NCBI RefSeq assembly: GCF_006345805.1
Contig: NC_043005.1
Location: 30,132,001 to 30,196,000 of the forward strand
Direction: 5' to 3'
From: Octopus sinensis
Taxonomy: Eukaryota
DNA length: 64,000 nt
Shown here: piece by piece, positions 42,543-55,637 of the stretch
Layout: every line of letters starts with the position of its first letter
How positions within the stretch are numbered: the first letter of the stretch is position 1
Translations under genes and position numbers: made by a program
The notes under the pieces: model-generated
The model's input: only the letters and a program-made list of their open reading frames with translations
Told to the model about the DNA's origin: nothing
Database searches by the model: none

Positions 42543-43474
42543 GGAGAGAGAGAGAGAGATAGATAGATAGAAAGATAGAGAGCACAGACAATCATAAGAT
42601 GATACCTATTTAAGTGGACCATTATTTAAATCAACAGATGAAATTGCAGAATTTTTTTTCTGTAAACAAAGCAAGGGAAATCATTCATAAATATAGGAAG
42701 GAATGATAAGATTCATTACAGCTATTAAACATGTAGAATACATTGTAATATTTTGAGGAAGACAAGCTTCTGTGGGTCTATTGGTTATGGAACTAAACTA
42801 TTATTATGAGAAAGGTGTGTGTGTGTGTGTGTATTTTATAATGCTTTGCCTTCAGCCCTCAACTCTTTGACAGTGTTGTAGGGACACCATCATGAAATAG
42901 GATTTTTTAGGGCATTTTTAGACCAAGTGGAGCCCATCCTTTTCCAGGTCTGACCAAAGCTGATTTCTTCTAGAAAGAACAGAATCAACTCCAATAAAGA
43001 CTTTAACTTATTTACTGATTCCAAAAAGATGAAAGACAAAGTCGACCTCAGTGTAATTTGAACTCTATATATAGATGTGGTCGTGTAGTAAAAAGCTTGC
43101 TTCTCAACCACATGGCTTGGGGTTCAGTCCCACTGCATGGTACCTTGGGGAAGTGTCTTCTACTATAGCCTTGGGCCAACTAAAGCCTTGTGAGTGGATT
43201 TCAAAGGTGGACACTGAAAGAAGCCCATCGTGTATATATATATATAGATATATATATGTGTGCGTGTGTGTGTGTGTGTTTGTCCACCCACTGTTGCTTG
43301 ACAACTGGTGCTGGTGTGCTTATGCCCTCTGTAACTTAGCAGTTCGGCAAAAGAGACCAATAGAATAAGTACTAGGCTTACAAAGAATAAGTCAGTTTAT
43401 CTGACTAAAGGCAGTGCTCCAGCATGGCCACTGTCAAATAAAACAAGTAAAAGAATAAAAGAATATATATATAT

Positions 43475-43521
<47 letters not shown>

Positions 43522-44712
43522 GTATATATTTGTGTGTGTGTGTGTGTGTGTGTGTTTGTCCTCCATCACTGCTTGACAACCAGTGTTGGTATGTTTATGT
43601 CCCTGTAACTTAGCGGTTGTATCAAGAGACCAATAGAATAAATACTAAACTTAAAAATAAATCCTGGGGTCGATTTGTTGGACTAAAATCCTTCAAGGTG
43701 GTACTCCAGCATTTCCACAGTCAAGAAAAGGAGTAAAAGAACGTATTTAAACTTCATGCAACTCAGGGGAAATGGTTCAAAAATCTATCTACAAGCAGAT
43801 CAATAGACCTGTCAGCTGAGCCAAAGAGCAAAATATATTGGTGAGGCTTGGCAATGTGGCACTCTAGTTGCTTGCACCATCAAACTTGCTGCAATTCAAC
43901 ATGTCATTCTGTCTAAGATACCTCATTAACCAAATAATCATAGGTTAATGAGACATCAGAGGTGACTTCCTTTTGATGTTTGGGTCTGTGAGAAAATGCT
44001 TTCTACTTTACAAGCAATAATTTGAAACAACTTGCAAAAAATGAGAACTATCTGTGCTTGTTTGTTTGTGTGTGTGTGTTTGTGTGTATGATCTTCCCAG
44101 ATGTAAACTGTGTGTATTCCACATATATACAGGATATGCCCAGCTTAGATCTAGGAAAATCAGATTTCTAACTACTCAATACATACTTGTACAGAGTGTG
44201 TATTTTATTATAAGCAAGAGACCCTGAGAAGGGCTCATCTGTTTCAGAAATCCAATGGGTCGCTCTATCAACATGTGGACCTGTGAAACGGATAAGCACT
44301 CTGTAGGGCCTCACACTAATAATACACACACATACACATTATATATGCAGCATAATTGTGTCAGTGATTAAGTTGCAAAAGCCTGATGAAACCTTTTTAC
44401 AATGCATAGTGAACAGCACTATTAAGAAATAAATGGGAAGTGAATATTACTGGCTAAAATGACTTCAATAAAATGTAATTTTATATATGTATCACACACA
44501 CACACAAAGGGCAACAGGAATTTGCTATGAAACAGTCAAACAGGTTAAGGGACCATAACTGAATAAAGATTTGATGAGGGGTGGTGGAAATGTTTGAAGT
44601 GAGGCAACAAATGAAACAAATCTGTCATTGGTCAACAATTACAACAAAGGAAATAGTGATTAGAGTAGAAACTAAAATTAGATTTCATTGATTAGAATAT
44701 TGTCTATCAATC

Positions 44713-44758
<46 letters not shown>

Positions 44759-46356
44759 TATATACATACACACCATTTAAAGAAATACTATTTAGCAGAA
44801 TTCTGAAAAAAAAAACGTCCCTGTTTATTAGGGCTCTTATAAAGACAGGTGATGGTAACTATAGAAGCTAGCCTAGTGTTGATTCATTCTCATCACAACC
44901 AATACTAATTAAAAGTAGAGAGTTTTATATAAAATATAGAAAATAAATTGTCAATTAATTATTGTTCATGTAAATTAAACAAATGAGAAATACCTAATTT
45001 TGGTATATAACTGAATGAGTTGTAGGCTTCAATCTGAGATATATAGTTTAGATATGGTCATTTTGGGGATTAATTAACTTTTTGCCCATCCAAAGCATTT
45101 TCATAACTTTGTCTTAAATGTCCATGCTTGTTTTCAGACTTTTAGTTAGACCATCTTTCATATGTTCCAAGTAATGTAAAGCTTCTCTTTCCTAAGTCTC
45201 AATTTACTCTGGTGGTTGACAAAAATTGGGAATGTGTATCATAATATGAATGCATGGACGTGAGGAAAGTATGTCCTGTGAATCACACGGGATACACGGG
45301 ACAGGCAAAAGATTAAATAAGCAACAGTAGATGACTGGTACTTATTTTATCAGCTCTGGAAAAAATGAAAAGCAAAGTGGATCCTGGTTGTATTTTGAAC
45401 TGATATAAGAGGCATTACTGAAGTAAATAGCTTAAATTGACCGGGACCAGAAAGTGAAAATTAAATCTATTGAAAGTTAGAAAGGATGACTCATGGAAGG
45501 GACAGTTTCTTTGATATTAGAATAATTGGTATAAATTAATTAAAACTGATCTGTAGAACTGTTGCTAATGATTTACAATATGAACACATATATATTATTA
45601 GCTCTAGTGAGGATGTAATAGATGTCAGTCAATAGTTTCTCCTTTTTCTGTAGAATCTACAGTGAATAAATTATTATATTAAGTATTAAAAAAACCCTTA
45701 AATTTGAAGAATATCAATGTTTTTTTTTATGTGTAAAACACACATTTCGTTTAAAATATCACTTGTAAGATAGTTCTAGTTTTGAAAGGAAAGACATACC
45801 GATAGATCGAGGAGGAGAGAAAGGCACAGAAAGATAAATTAAACAATAAATGGAATCTCGTACCAGATGCAAACCAAATCTACAAATTCTGACACCGCCA
45901 CGAAACACCCAAAAACTTGCCAAAAAAACATTAGCGAAGTTATCTCCCCTAGATCGAGGTGATTTCAATTAGCAACGAACTTTAACATAGTGGCCCCTTT
46001 TTAGCAATATAATTTAAAATAAAGGGCAGACCCTGAAGATGTAGCCATGATGGTAGTGGTGGTGGTAGGGGGTTTATATTGAAGAATAATGACGGCAAAC
46101 AAAGGGAACACTTCAACAAGGAAACAAAACTCGATACATCTTGATGTCAACACATTATTTAACAATGGGTTGGGGGGGGGGGAAGAAAAAATTACTCATA
46201 ATTTCACAAAACTGTTACTGTAGCAGGGGAAGAACCAACAAATAGATGAGAATTACATCAACTTCAAATAAAGAATATCACATGTCCTGCTATATGATAA
46301 TAGTTGATCACTGCGGTAGCTACTGTCGTGCATATATCAACCAAGGTCACACATAT

Positions 46357-46362
46357 TTTATT
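46357..46362 (-). terminator. Candidate polyadenylation signal (AATAAA) for USP12/46
   Basis: This is the first canonical AATAAA I found on the minus strand downstream of the stop, implying a ~1.6 kb 3' UTR. There is no transcript evidence. Confidence 0.3.
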
Positions 46363-46939
46363 GTGGAATCTTAAACAGATTATTTAAAAATTTGGTAAAG
46401 TTTCTTTTTTGGTTTTTTTTTGGTTTTTTTTTTTTTTCACAAGACGATGATAAAATTATTCTACATACTGGGTATTACTGCTGCCAATGGTTTTTCTTGC
46501 AAATATTACAAAGAACAGCCCACAAAAGGCAAATAGAAGTTGAGGAAATAATTAGAAAAGAAAAAAAAAACAGGATTAAAAAAAAAAAAGAGGGGAGTTA
46601 CTTGAAATGTTTTCAACCATTAATAGTTAAAAATGACATGTTTTTTTTTAAATAAACGTGCTGAATATATTACATACGAAAAATTATTATAGTTATTATT
46701 AAAAGAAAACTTTGAGAGCTAATTCATAAATAGAGTAAATAAATATTCATATAAAAATCTGGTGGCGGGGGTGGGGGTCTGATAGACGACTTAACATAGA
46801 TTACAGCTGATTATTGAAAACTTTTATATAAAACTCTCAGCCCAGCAAAAACTGAGAATAAACTTCACTAGGGAAGAACTGTCGTCTGAAGTCATTTTGT
46901 GAGACTAATAGTTCAGTAGAGACATTGACATAGACTTAC

Positions 46940-47365
46940 TCATAACACTGTTAGCTCAAGAATAACTTCTATATTAAGACTGAGAGGTCTGGATAGACTT
47001 TCATATTAGACTAGACGCATCCAGTTAGACTGATTCTTCTGTAAATAGACTTCTATACAAGACTGACAGTTCTGCGTAGTATTCCATATTAGACTGACAG
47101 TTCTGGATAGATACATAGACTGACAGTTCTGGACAGGCTTCCATACAAGACTGACAGTTCTAATTGGACTACCATGTTAAACTGACAATTGTGAATAGAC
47201 TTCCATGCTAGACTGCCAGTTTTGGATAGGTTTCCAAGACAGGCTGACCATTCAGTAATAGACTTCCATGTAACACTGACAGTTCTACATGGATTTCCAT
47301 GTAAGACTGACGATTCTAGATAGACCTCCATATAAGACTGTTAGCTGAGCATAGACTTTAGCATA
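46940..47365. repeat. Degenerate 31-bp minisatellite, ~13 copies
   Basis: Consensus is approximately AGACTGACAGTTCTGGATAGACTTCCATATA. Confidence 0.85.
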
Positions 47366-47931
47366 ATCCTCCTTGTAAGACCAACAGTTTGGCAGGTTAG
47401 ACTAGTAGGTGCTTTGTTATTTTCCATCTTTACCTAGTTTGTAAGTAGTCACAATGGGCTCAGTCTGAGGTTTTCTTCTCAGCAGTAAGCTCAGAAGTAG
47501 TTTTCAGCTTTTCACAGGGAACAAAGAAGAGGAAAAGAACGCTTCATAACATCATTTACCTCTTTCAGATGCTTTGTTTGTTTCTGTTATATAACTAGTA
47601 TTGTTGTTGTTGTGACTGTGGTCTTTGGTAATGTTGTTGTTCTGTACAATAACAACAACAACATCTAGATGTAAAAAGAGCTGGGGGCAGCAGCAGTAGC
47701 TAGTAGAAGATGTGCTGAAGAAAGAAACAAACCAACCAAACCAGCTTCATTGCTAACAAGAGGTTTCAGGGGGGGAAAAAACTGAAAGCCCCGTTGATGC
47801 AAAATCTGTATTGCTTCGGAGTGATCTTGCATTCACCCAAACACTGGTTAGTCCGATAATGGAACAGGTCATAGAACATGTCTTCTAGAAAGATTTAAAG
47901 TCATTTAACAACTGCAGCTGCTGCACTGTTC

Positions 47932-48033
47932 TCATTCCCATGATTGGTAAAACAAAATGTAACCAGATTCGGAATTCTTTTGGAGATCTGAGGGAAGACC
48001 ATAAAAATCTTCTATTGCACTTGCATCGATTTT
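47932..48033 (-). CDS. USP46: USP12/USP46-like terminal coding exon ([33 protein letters not shown])
   Basis: tttacag acceptor and TGA at 47934-47932. The [11 protein letters not shown] terminus matches the family. Confidence 0.95.
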   Translation of the reverse strand, partial: KIDASAIEDFYGLPSDLQKNSESGYILFYQSWE

Positions 48034-48179
48034 CTGTAAAATAAATAAGAAAAACAAATTTAGAATAAAATTCAAGGTAAACTTGTAGCAATAAGTGAAA
48101 CAAAATTAAAGAGCATGGGTGCAATCTATTGACTACTCTGGTGTCACACTAATGTAGTGAACCTAACAAGTTTCATTTT

Positions 48180-48394
48180 AGGAAATTACTATTAGTAAAT
48201 CTCACAATGAGAAATATTCAGCAAGAGTACTTTGGAGTAAAGATTGTTTGCCAACATAACCTGGCAGTCCTGGTTTATGACGAATGTTGCTGTAATTTAG
48301 CCCCAGGAGACATCGTCTCCAGCTGGGGCTAAATTACAGCAACATTCGTCATAAACCAGGACTGCCATGTTATGTTGGCAAATAATCTTTACTG
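48180..48394. mobile_element. Asymmetric fold-back insertion with ~71-bp arms and a 13-bp TSD
   Basis: CAAGTTTCATTTT occurs at 48167-48179 and 48395-48407. The arms 48236-48306 and 48323-48393 have 2 mismatches. Confidence 0.85.
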
Positions 48395-49171
48395 CAAGTT
48401 TCATTTTGTTAGTAATGCATGCTTAGGAGAGACATCATAGAAATATTAATTAATGGCTACAATAAATCGTTCCTAATTTAGTTGGATACGATTGATGAAA
48501 GTTTTTTTAAAAAAAACTAAGACTTGAAATTCTACAAATAAATTTTATAGAAAACAGTAAAAGTTTATAAGAAAGAGAAGTATAGAAGTCAAGTCTATCA
48601 GTTTGTTCATAATAAGAGTTTTTTTTTTTAAATATTGGTTGCTGTTTGATTCTTTCATCTCACAATTGTTAAGAATATCTTCTAGCTATGTTATGGTGGT
48701 TTCCATAATAATTCTTTAATAAATTGAAAAGAAATATTTTTCGCTGAGTTAAGAATTTTGTAATATCTAAGATATCAGATATTGCTAGTAGGACCAAAAT
48801 ATAAACTGAAGGAAATATAAACAGAAAACAAAAATGTGCTTTTAGAGAGTCACAAACTCTCAAACAACATTGGTTTAGGGTCCAACAACTGATCCAAGAA
48901 AAAGGTTTAGCAAATATTTTTGGTATTTTTAAACATCTATTTCCCCATATTTGGGTGGGTGGAAATAGTTTGGTTGTTTTATGTAGATAAGCAATGACAT
49001 TCCTATCACTGAACAGTCAACTGTGAAATACAAGTGGAGCATAATTTTTAGTTTCATGAGACAAAATTGAAGAGAGAATGGCAGTCAATGAAGAGCATTC
49101 AAAAGTTAAGATGGAATAAAATATGTCGCAAACTGATTAAATTACTAAAAAAGAAAACTTTACAAGATCAT

Positions 49172-49730
49172 ACAGTTCTATATTTAAGAGAAGAGGAATT
49201 ATGTACATTATTTACATTTGACAGATATTTGTCCTCAGTTTGTTTGTTGTTAACACAACTTTTCAGCTGATATACTGTCCAGCCTTCATTAGGTGTCTTG
49301 GGGAAATTTCGAACATGGGTTCTCATTCCTAAGGTATTTTTTGATACTATTATTATTATTATTATTGTTATTGTTGATGTTGTTGTTATTATCATTATTA
49401 TTATTATTATCATTGTCATTATTATTATTATCATTATTATTATTATTATTCAGGTCACTGAATAGTAATAATTAACCATTACACCATATACCCACAGGCA
49501 TATGGCGTAGTGGTTAAGAGCGCGGGCTACTAACACCAAGATTCTGTGTTTGATTCCAAGCAGTGACCTGAATAATAATAATAACATCGAAAATTACCTT
49601 AAGAATGAGAACCATGGTTCGAAATTTCCCCCAAGACACCTGATAAAGGTTGGAGGGTATATCAGCCGAAACATGTTAACAATAAACAAGATGAGGACAA
49701 ATATCCATCAAATGTAAATAATGTAAATAG
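49172..49730. mobile_element. Head-to-head palindromic dimer of a tRNA-headed element with hammerhead-like motifs, flanked by a 13-bp TSD
   Basis: TTTACAAGATCAT occurs at 49159-49171 and 49731-49743. Copy A is minus (49172-49492), copy B is plus (49497-49730), with a 4-nt loop. A box at 49503-49513, B-box-like at 49548-49557. Confidence 0.8.
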
Positions 49731-50084
49731 TTTACAAGATCATCACAGTTATAGCAGTAAAATTTCAATTTGTGACAACAGTTCAGAACCTTAAGCTCAC
49801 AGATGTTGCATGAAATTCAATCTTCTATCCATGTCCTTCCTTATCTGTGTGTGTGTGTGTGTGTTTACAGTGGTCAAATTAACAACTGACCTTCTTACTG
49901 CAATATCATGTAATCCACATACAACGACTAAATTAAAAACTGATCTTTACATGGCCTGTAACACATTATTCTATTTGTGCTGTATTTACAAAGGTGTTTA
50001 TATTTTAAAAAGACAAATGAAGGAGGAACAGGAGAAACAAGGGTTAAAATAAAGAAACCCCACCAGAAAACTGCCACAACTTAC

Positions 50085-50228
50085 ATCAACAATATCATCA
50101 TCAAAAAGTAACCAGAAGCCATGGCTTTTAACAATGCTGATGTAGTGGCCTCTGTTAGGTCCACTTCCACAATGAATCACCACTGCTACCAAGTCATACA
50201 GTCGGTACGGATTATATGCATCATCAGA
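50085..50228 (-). CDS. USP46: USP12/USP46-like exon with the catalytic His/Asp boxes ([48 protein letters not shown])
   Basis: tttcag acceptor, GAT|gtaag donor, 144 bp, phase 0/0. Contains GHY and FDD. Confidence 0.96.
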
Positions 50229-51264
50229 CTGAAAAACAACAGAATAAATGAGATGCATAATTAATTAGAAACATTGAAAAAACAAAGTAACTTTTTAATC
50301 ACAATCTAATTGCTTTTTTTCATTTTAATTATTTTCTTTCTTTTTTTGTTAAAGACTATGATTGACAGAAATACAAGAATTGTAGCAATAGATTAGACGA
50401 CATCAACTTTTAATGTCCGCTTTCCATGCTGGCATGGGTTGGATGGTTTGACCAGAACTGGCAAGCTGGGGAGATATACAGGACACCAGTCTGATTTAGC
50501 CTAGGTTTTTACGGCTGGATGCCCTTCCTAATACCAACCACTATTCAGTGTGAGCTGTAAATCTGTTTATATACTGTCCATCTTGAAGATTTCCATTCAC
50601 TACTGCAAGGTAGTTGTTGATCCTAGGTTTGATTTATCTGTCCTTTTAACAGGAAGTCTTGTTTTAGTCCTGCTGGAATCCTTTAATCTTTAGTCCAATG
50701 ATTTGCAGTTAAACATTGAGATTAATGCTGGCATTGTATCAAGACATACGATGCCACATTGGCAATAACAAAATTATATTGAGATTAGCTTAAATTTTGT
50801 TCAAAAATTCTCAACTAGTGTATATAATTTAGTTTTCCCTAATAAAGTCTACATTGTTATAGTAATACAATGTTAACAGTTAAATCTTAATAAATACAAG
50901 AAAAAATTACTATGTATATATGTGTTTTATTAAATACACAACTATGTTCATGTTCTATCTTTTATGCTTTATATTTTTTAATATTTTTTATTAGCTTTTT
51001 ACAATTGGTTTGGAACAATAGAGTTCCTAAATCCATATCTGATGTTTCCAGACCTTCACAGTCTCATTTTCAAGAATTGAAACTGAATATATTTGGCGTC
51101 TGTGTAGTTTCTTATACATTGATTGAATTTGTGTAAACTTTGGCTATATTGTTAAAATGTTTGCTTTGGAAAAGTGGGCAATGAAATAATGGCAGCAGCA
51201 ATGATATACATATATGTGTGTGTGTGTGTGTGAATTGTGGGTGGAGAGGACATTGTTAAGAATC

Positions 51265-51690
51265 ATCATCATCGTTTAACGTCCACTTTCCATTCTGGTG
51301 TGGGTTGGACGGTTTGACTGAGGATGGCAAGCCAGAAGGCTGCACCAGACTCCAATCTGATTTGGCAATGTTTCTACAGCTGGATGCCCTTCCTAACGCT
51401 TACCACTCCAAGAGTGTAGTTGGTATTTTTTATGTGCCACTGGCACAAGGGCCAGTCAGGCGATACTGCAACAACCACGCTCAAAAGGTGTTTTTTCATG
51501 CCACCTGCACAGGTGCCAGTCTGGCGGCACTAGCAATGACCACACTTGAATGTTGTTTTTCACATGCCACCGGCACATGTGCCAGTAAGGCGACACTGGC
51601 AACGATCACACTCAAATGATGTTTTACGTGCCACCAGCATGGGAGCCAGTCAGCGGCCCTGGCAATGATCACACTTGGATGGTGCTTTTA
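51265..51690 (-). mobile_element. RTE-type 3' end or RTE-tailed SINE
   Basis: Same terminal sequence as the RTE LINE at 31591. Further copies lie near 5850, 6276, 22718, 23600, 33755, 50400 and 59530. Confidence 0.8.
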
Positions 51691-51759
51691 ACGTTAAGAA
51701 TATATATGTGTGTGTGTGTGTGTACCATGTTTTTAGTGGTGATAAACAGGAGTACTTAC

Positions 51760-51892
51760 GGTATTAAATAAACGTAGTTCTAAAGGAAATACAACTCGGT
51801 AGGAAAGTTTTGTGTAGCGGTTCAACTGCTCCATATATTTGAAACGCTTTAAGTGCAAGGCAAGAATCTGAGGTAATTTTTTTACTCGCATT
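51760..51892 (-). CDS. USP46: USP12/USP46-like exon ([44 protein letters not shown]); absent from the ORF track
   Basis: Manual translation. ttttag acceptor, ACC|gtaag donor, 133 bp, phase 2/0. Contains LHLKRF and FPLEL motifs. Confidence 0.96.
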
Positions 51893-53331
51893 CTAAAACA
51901 AAAGAATTCATATGAAATTAAATCATTTATTTAAAAAATACTGTTTTAAAAAAATGTTACACAAAAAATCTTTAGCTCTTTAGCATTTAAACTGGTCATA
52001 TCTGGCTCAAATATTCTACCTGTTTCATGTTGAAAGTGGTCAGATTCTACCTCTCACACCTACCCTACAGTGTCATTTTGAAAATATATAATCACATACA
52101 TTTGAGAGAGTAAAGTGAATGCTTAAGGGATAAAAATCAATAATGTCAGCACTTTGTCTTTTTAATCTTACATATTTTAAAGAATGCTCTTACAGAGATA
52201 CAATGTTTGTTTTTATGTTGACAATAAAAACAATTTTACATCAAACTGAAGGATTGCCCAATACATTTGGTAGAATACAAATTATTCTTTAACAAGATTA
52301 GTACTGACAGTGACTTTGAAGTAATCAGCCAGTGTGTGTATGTACACACGTACCTTTTTTTTTAACTCTTTCTGGTTGAATTCTCAAGTGTGACAAACTG
52401 AGACTATGAAATATTACTAACCACCTTGTTCTACCCTCAGGGTCTCCAACCAGTCAGTTTGTCTTCAAGAATCCATTTTGCAATTCATTCCCGAGACATT
52501 CTAAATACATGTCCATAGCACTGGAGCTGTGATCTCTCAATGCAGAGAGAAGTAGAAGCTTGACCTAGAGACACAGACTGATCTCCAAGCTTTGCACCCT
52601 GTCAAGTAACATTACACCAGAGATCCATCAGAGGAACCCCCTGGTGGCAGCTTGTATTCATAATCATACTCTTTCGGTCATTACCTAACATTCACGACCA
52701 AAGCTGAAGATAAACACGAAAACTGAATGGAAGACAGCAAGGTTAGCCTTTACAAGAAAGAAAATGACACTGATTTTGAAGTTTAGACTTCTTTATTTTC
52801 ATTAGTCTGATGAGGACAAACAAGCCAAAATTTCAAAGTCACTTCAATCTTTCGCTTGCAAAACTTAAATAAATATTCTCATATTATCCTATTAAAATGC
52901 ATCAAGTAATCCTTCAGTTTAATGTTAAATTGCTTTTACATACAACTTGACATAAATATATATACATATATATAAATGGAACAAAAAGCAATGGAGGGCA
53001 TTAAAACGTTCGGTTAGATAGACAATACAAAGGTGGACAAGAGAAACAACAATAAGAAGGACAGGCAAAAAAAAAAAAAACAGGTCATTCCTGGTTTTCT
53101 TTCATTAGTCAAGTCCCAGAAGTCATGACCATTTCGGGCAGTTACACTTGAGATGGTTCAATCTCATTGGCCCCAAAACAGTCTAAGCTAAGACTATTAG
53201 AGCCCTTTGTAAGAAAGCTAGTGAATGTATAAGGCAACAAAGACAAAAAGACAAACAAACAAAAAAAAAATGGAGAACATGGTACGAAGTGTAAGTTTAA
53301 GCTGGTTATGATCACTGGAATGACAACAAAC

Positions 53332-53492
53332 CTTTTTTGAGCCTCCTGTTTACTACAGCACACCTCACAGTAATATTTATGTTCAGCACATAACGTCTCT
53401 GTGTTACTAAAACCTCGTAAACAATGGGTTATTGATGTGTTCTGCTCAACATCAACAGATAAATCTAGAAAATCTTCATCTTTACTACTGAC
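53332..53492 (-). CDS. USP46: USP12/USP46-like exon ([54 protein letters not shown])
   Basis: tttcag acceptor, AG|gtttgt donor, 161 bp, phase 0/2. Near-identical to the vertebrate USP46 fingers region. Confidence 0.96.
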
Positions 53493-53621
53493 CTGAAATA
53501 CAATGACATAATAAATCATTTCAAAGTCATACAATTAGAGGTGTAATCCTATGTTAAAAATATAAAGATTTACATACACACACATGTAAATATATATGCA
53601 TATATATACATATATGCATAT

Positions 53622-53688
<67 letters not shown>

Positions 53689-53706
53689 TGCATATATACA
53701 CATATA

Positions 53707-53770
<64 letters not shown>

Positions 53771-53962
53771 AATAATAATAAAGGGTAAAATTAATTAATC
53801 AATTAATAATGAATCATTTTACCAAGTAGTTTGGTATATTAAAAGAACCATTATCGGTTACGTTATACAAAAATTCTATAATTATAAAGCATAATTATAA
53901 TTAGGGTTCAGCAAAATTTGCTTCACCAAATACCAAAATTTAGAAATACCAATTAAATACTA

Positions 53963-55637
53963 CTAGCAGAATTGCCCGGCGTTGCTCGGGGCTGAATTGC
54001 TTGAAAGTACTGTTAATGATTGCACTGAATTATGATGATTATTCAGGCAAATATTGATATAAGTTTACGGTGGGAGATAAGGACTTAACGATCAAACGTG
54101 TGCCATTGCATTGTTTTGGGGGAACCAAATTTCTGATGAGCATTATAGGGGCACCAACTTTAAGTTTGAGAAAGTGTGGTGGTAGTCCGGGGTGCTCAAA
54201 GGAATTGAGTACCTCTATGGATAGTTGATGACGTCCTCTGGGTCAGAAGTTGTATCGATAGACTGATATACATAGACTTCCCCAGGAATGAGTTTTAGCA
54301 TTTCATCATTAATATGGTGAACAGTTTTATTCCTCGGGGCCAGTATAGCCTTTTTGCCAATCCAATCCATATTCTGATAATTAGCTTGTAGATCTGGGAA
54401 CACTGCATCTCTGAGATCAGAAGGCATCTTAACAATGGTACAAATGGAATCGATGGCAATATTACCATTTTCATCCCCTGGTATTTTGCCTTCGCCAAGT
54501 GCAAGGAGGGTGTGAGGAAATGCGGCTGATGTGATATTACGTCGCATATGAGCACGCATATTGGTGTGAAGTTTGTGAGTTACTTCCCTTTATTAAAAAA
54601 AATATGCATTAAAATGGAAAAAAATGATGGTAAATTATTTGTAAAATCGTAGACTCATCGTAGACGCGCGCTAATACCCAGAAGGGCTCGATATGAATCA
54701 CGACTATAAGATACCCGGTTTTGGTTAAACTGCATCGCAAAATGTGGGAGTAGTTAGGAATCTAAATCGGAGTAGACAGACACACAACCTTTCTTTTATA
54801 TATAAATATTTTCGTCCTAAAAAACTTTGTATGGAGTGAATGGTTACCTCTATGGAAATATATACACACACGTTATACATACATGTGTGCATAGATGAAT
54901 ATATAAATACATTTATATATCTATATACACTTTTGGGCAATCTTTGCGCTACTTAGAGATAACTTTAGATCTTATTTTCGTCCTAAAAAACTTTGTATGG
55001 AGTGAAAGGTTACCTCTATGGAAATATATACACACACATTATACATACATCTGTGTATAGATGAATATATAAATACATTTAAATATCTATATACACTTTT
55101 GGGCGATCTTTCTGCTACTTGGATATACTTTAGGTCTTATATTCGTCCTAAAAAACTTTCCTGTCACACACTCACACACACACACACACGCATGCACACA
55201 CACACACACACACATTAGCTTACAATTTTATTTATATATTTGCGTGTCTATGTGTGTAAAGAGGAAGTGGGAATGCAGAGTGAAAGAGTCACTCACTACA
55301 AAAAGTGAATTACTTTCACTTTAATCGTTGCACACTTGCAAAGAGAAAGGAGGAGAAATTAGGGTGATAGCGTCAGTCAAACAGTTCGCTCCGTTTGTGT
55401 GTGTGTGCATGTGCTGTAGCCCACACTAAGAAAAGCATTTGACTTAGACACCACAATGTGAGTTTTCTCTAAATTTTGCTTAATTGGGGTTGAAATTTTA
55501 AAAACCGGACCTGGCACGACCCGATGCATCTCTACTCTTAAAAATGCTAGGTAAATTGTAATTGAAGAAATCCTATATTGTAGATTTCTATAAGAGACAA
55601 AGGGAGGCAGATAAAATCTGCCTTTTATAATAAGAGA
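53963..55637 (-). mobile_element. Composite Helitron (1675 bp) with a Pif1-like helicase fragment
   Basis: Termini A|TCTCTTATTATAAAA and ...hairpin-CTAG|T, with a second internal 5' end near 54806. About 54086-54535 encodes AILAPRN...HINDEML...[38 protein letters not shown] with one frameshift. Confidence 0.85.
54807..55160. repeat. ~166-bp tandem duplication (2.1 copies) inside the composite Helitron
   Basis: TTCGTCCTAAAAAAC occurs at 54811, 54977 and 55142. Confidence 0.9.

Noticed and set aside
49497-49570. tRNA gene
   Set aside because: There is no complete acceptor stem, the B box is decayed, and it continues into a repeat body, so it is a SINE-like head.
52807-52835. CTGATGA-GGAC...GCC-AAAA hammerhead-like string
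   Set aside because: GAAA is absent, stem II is imperfect and stems I/III are unconvincing.
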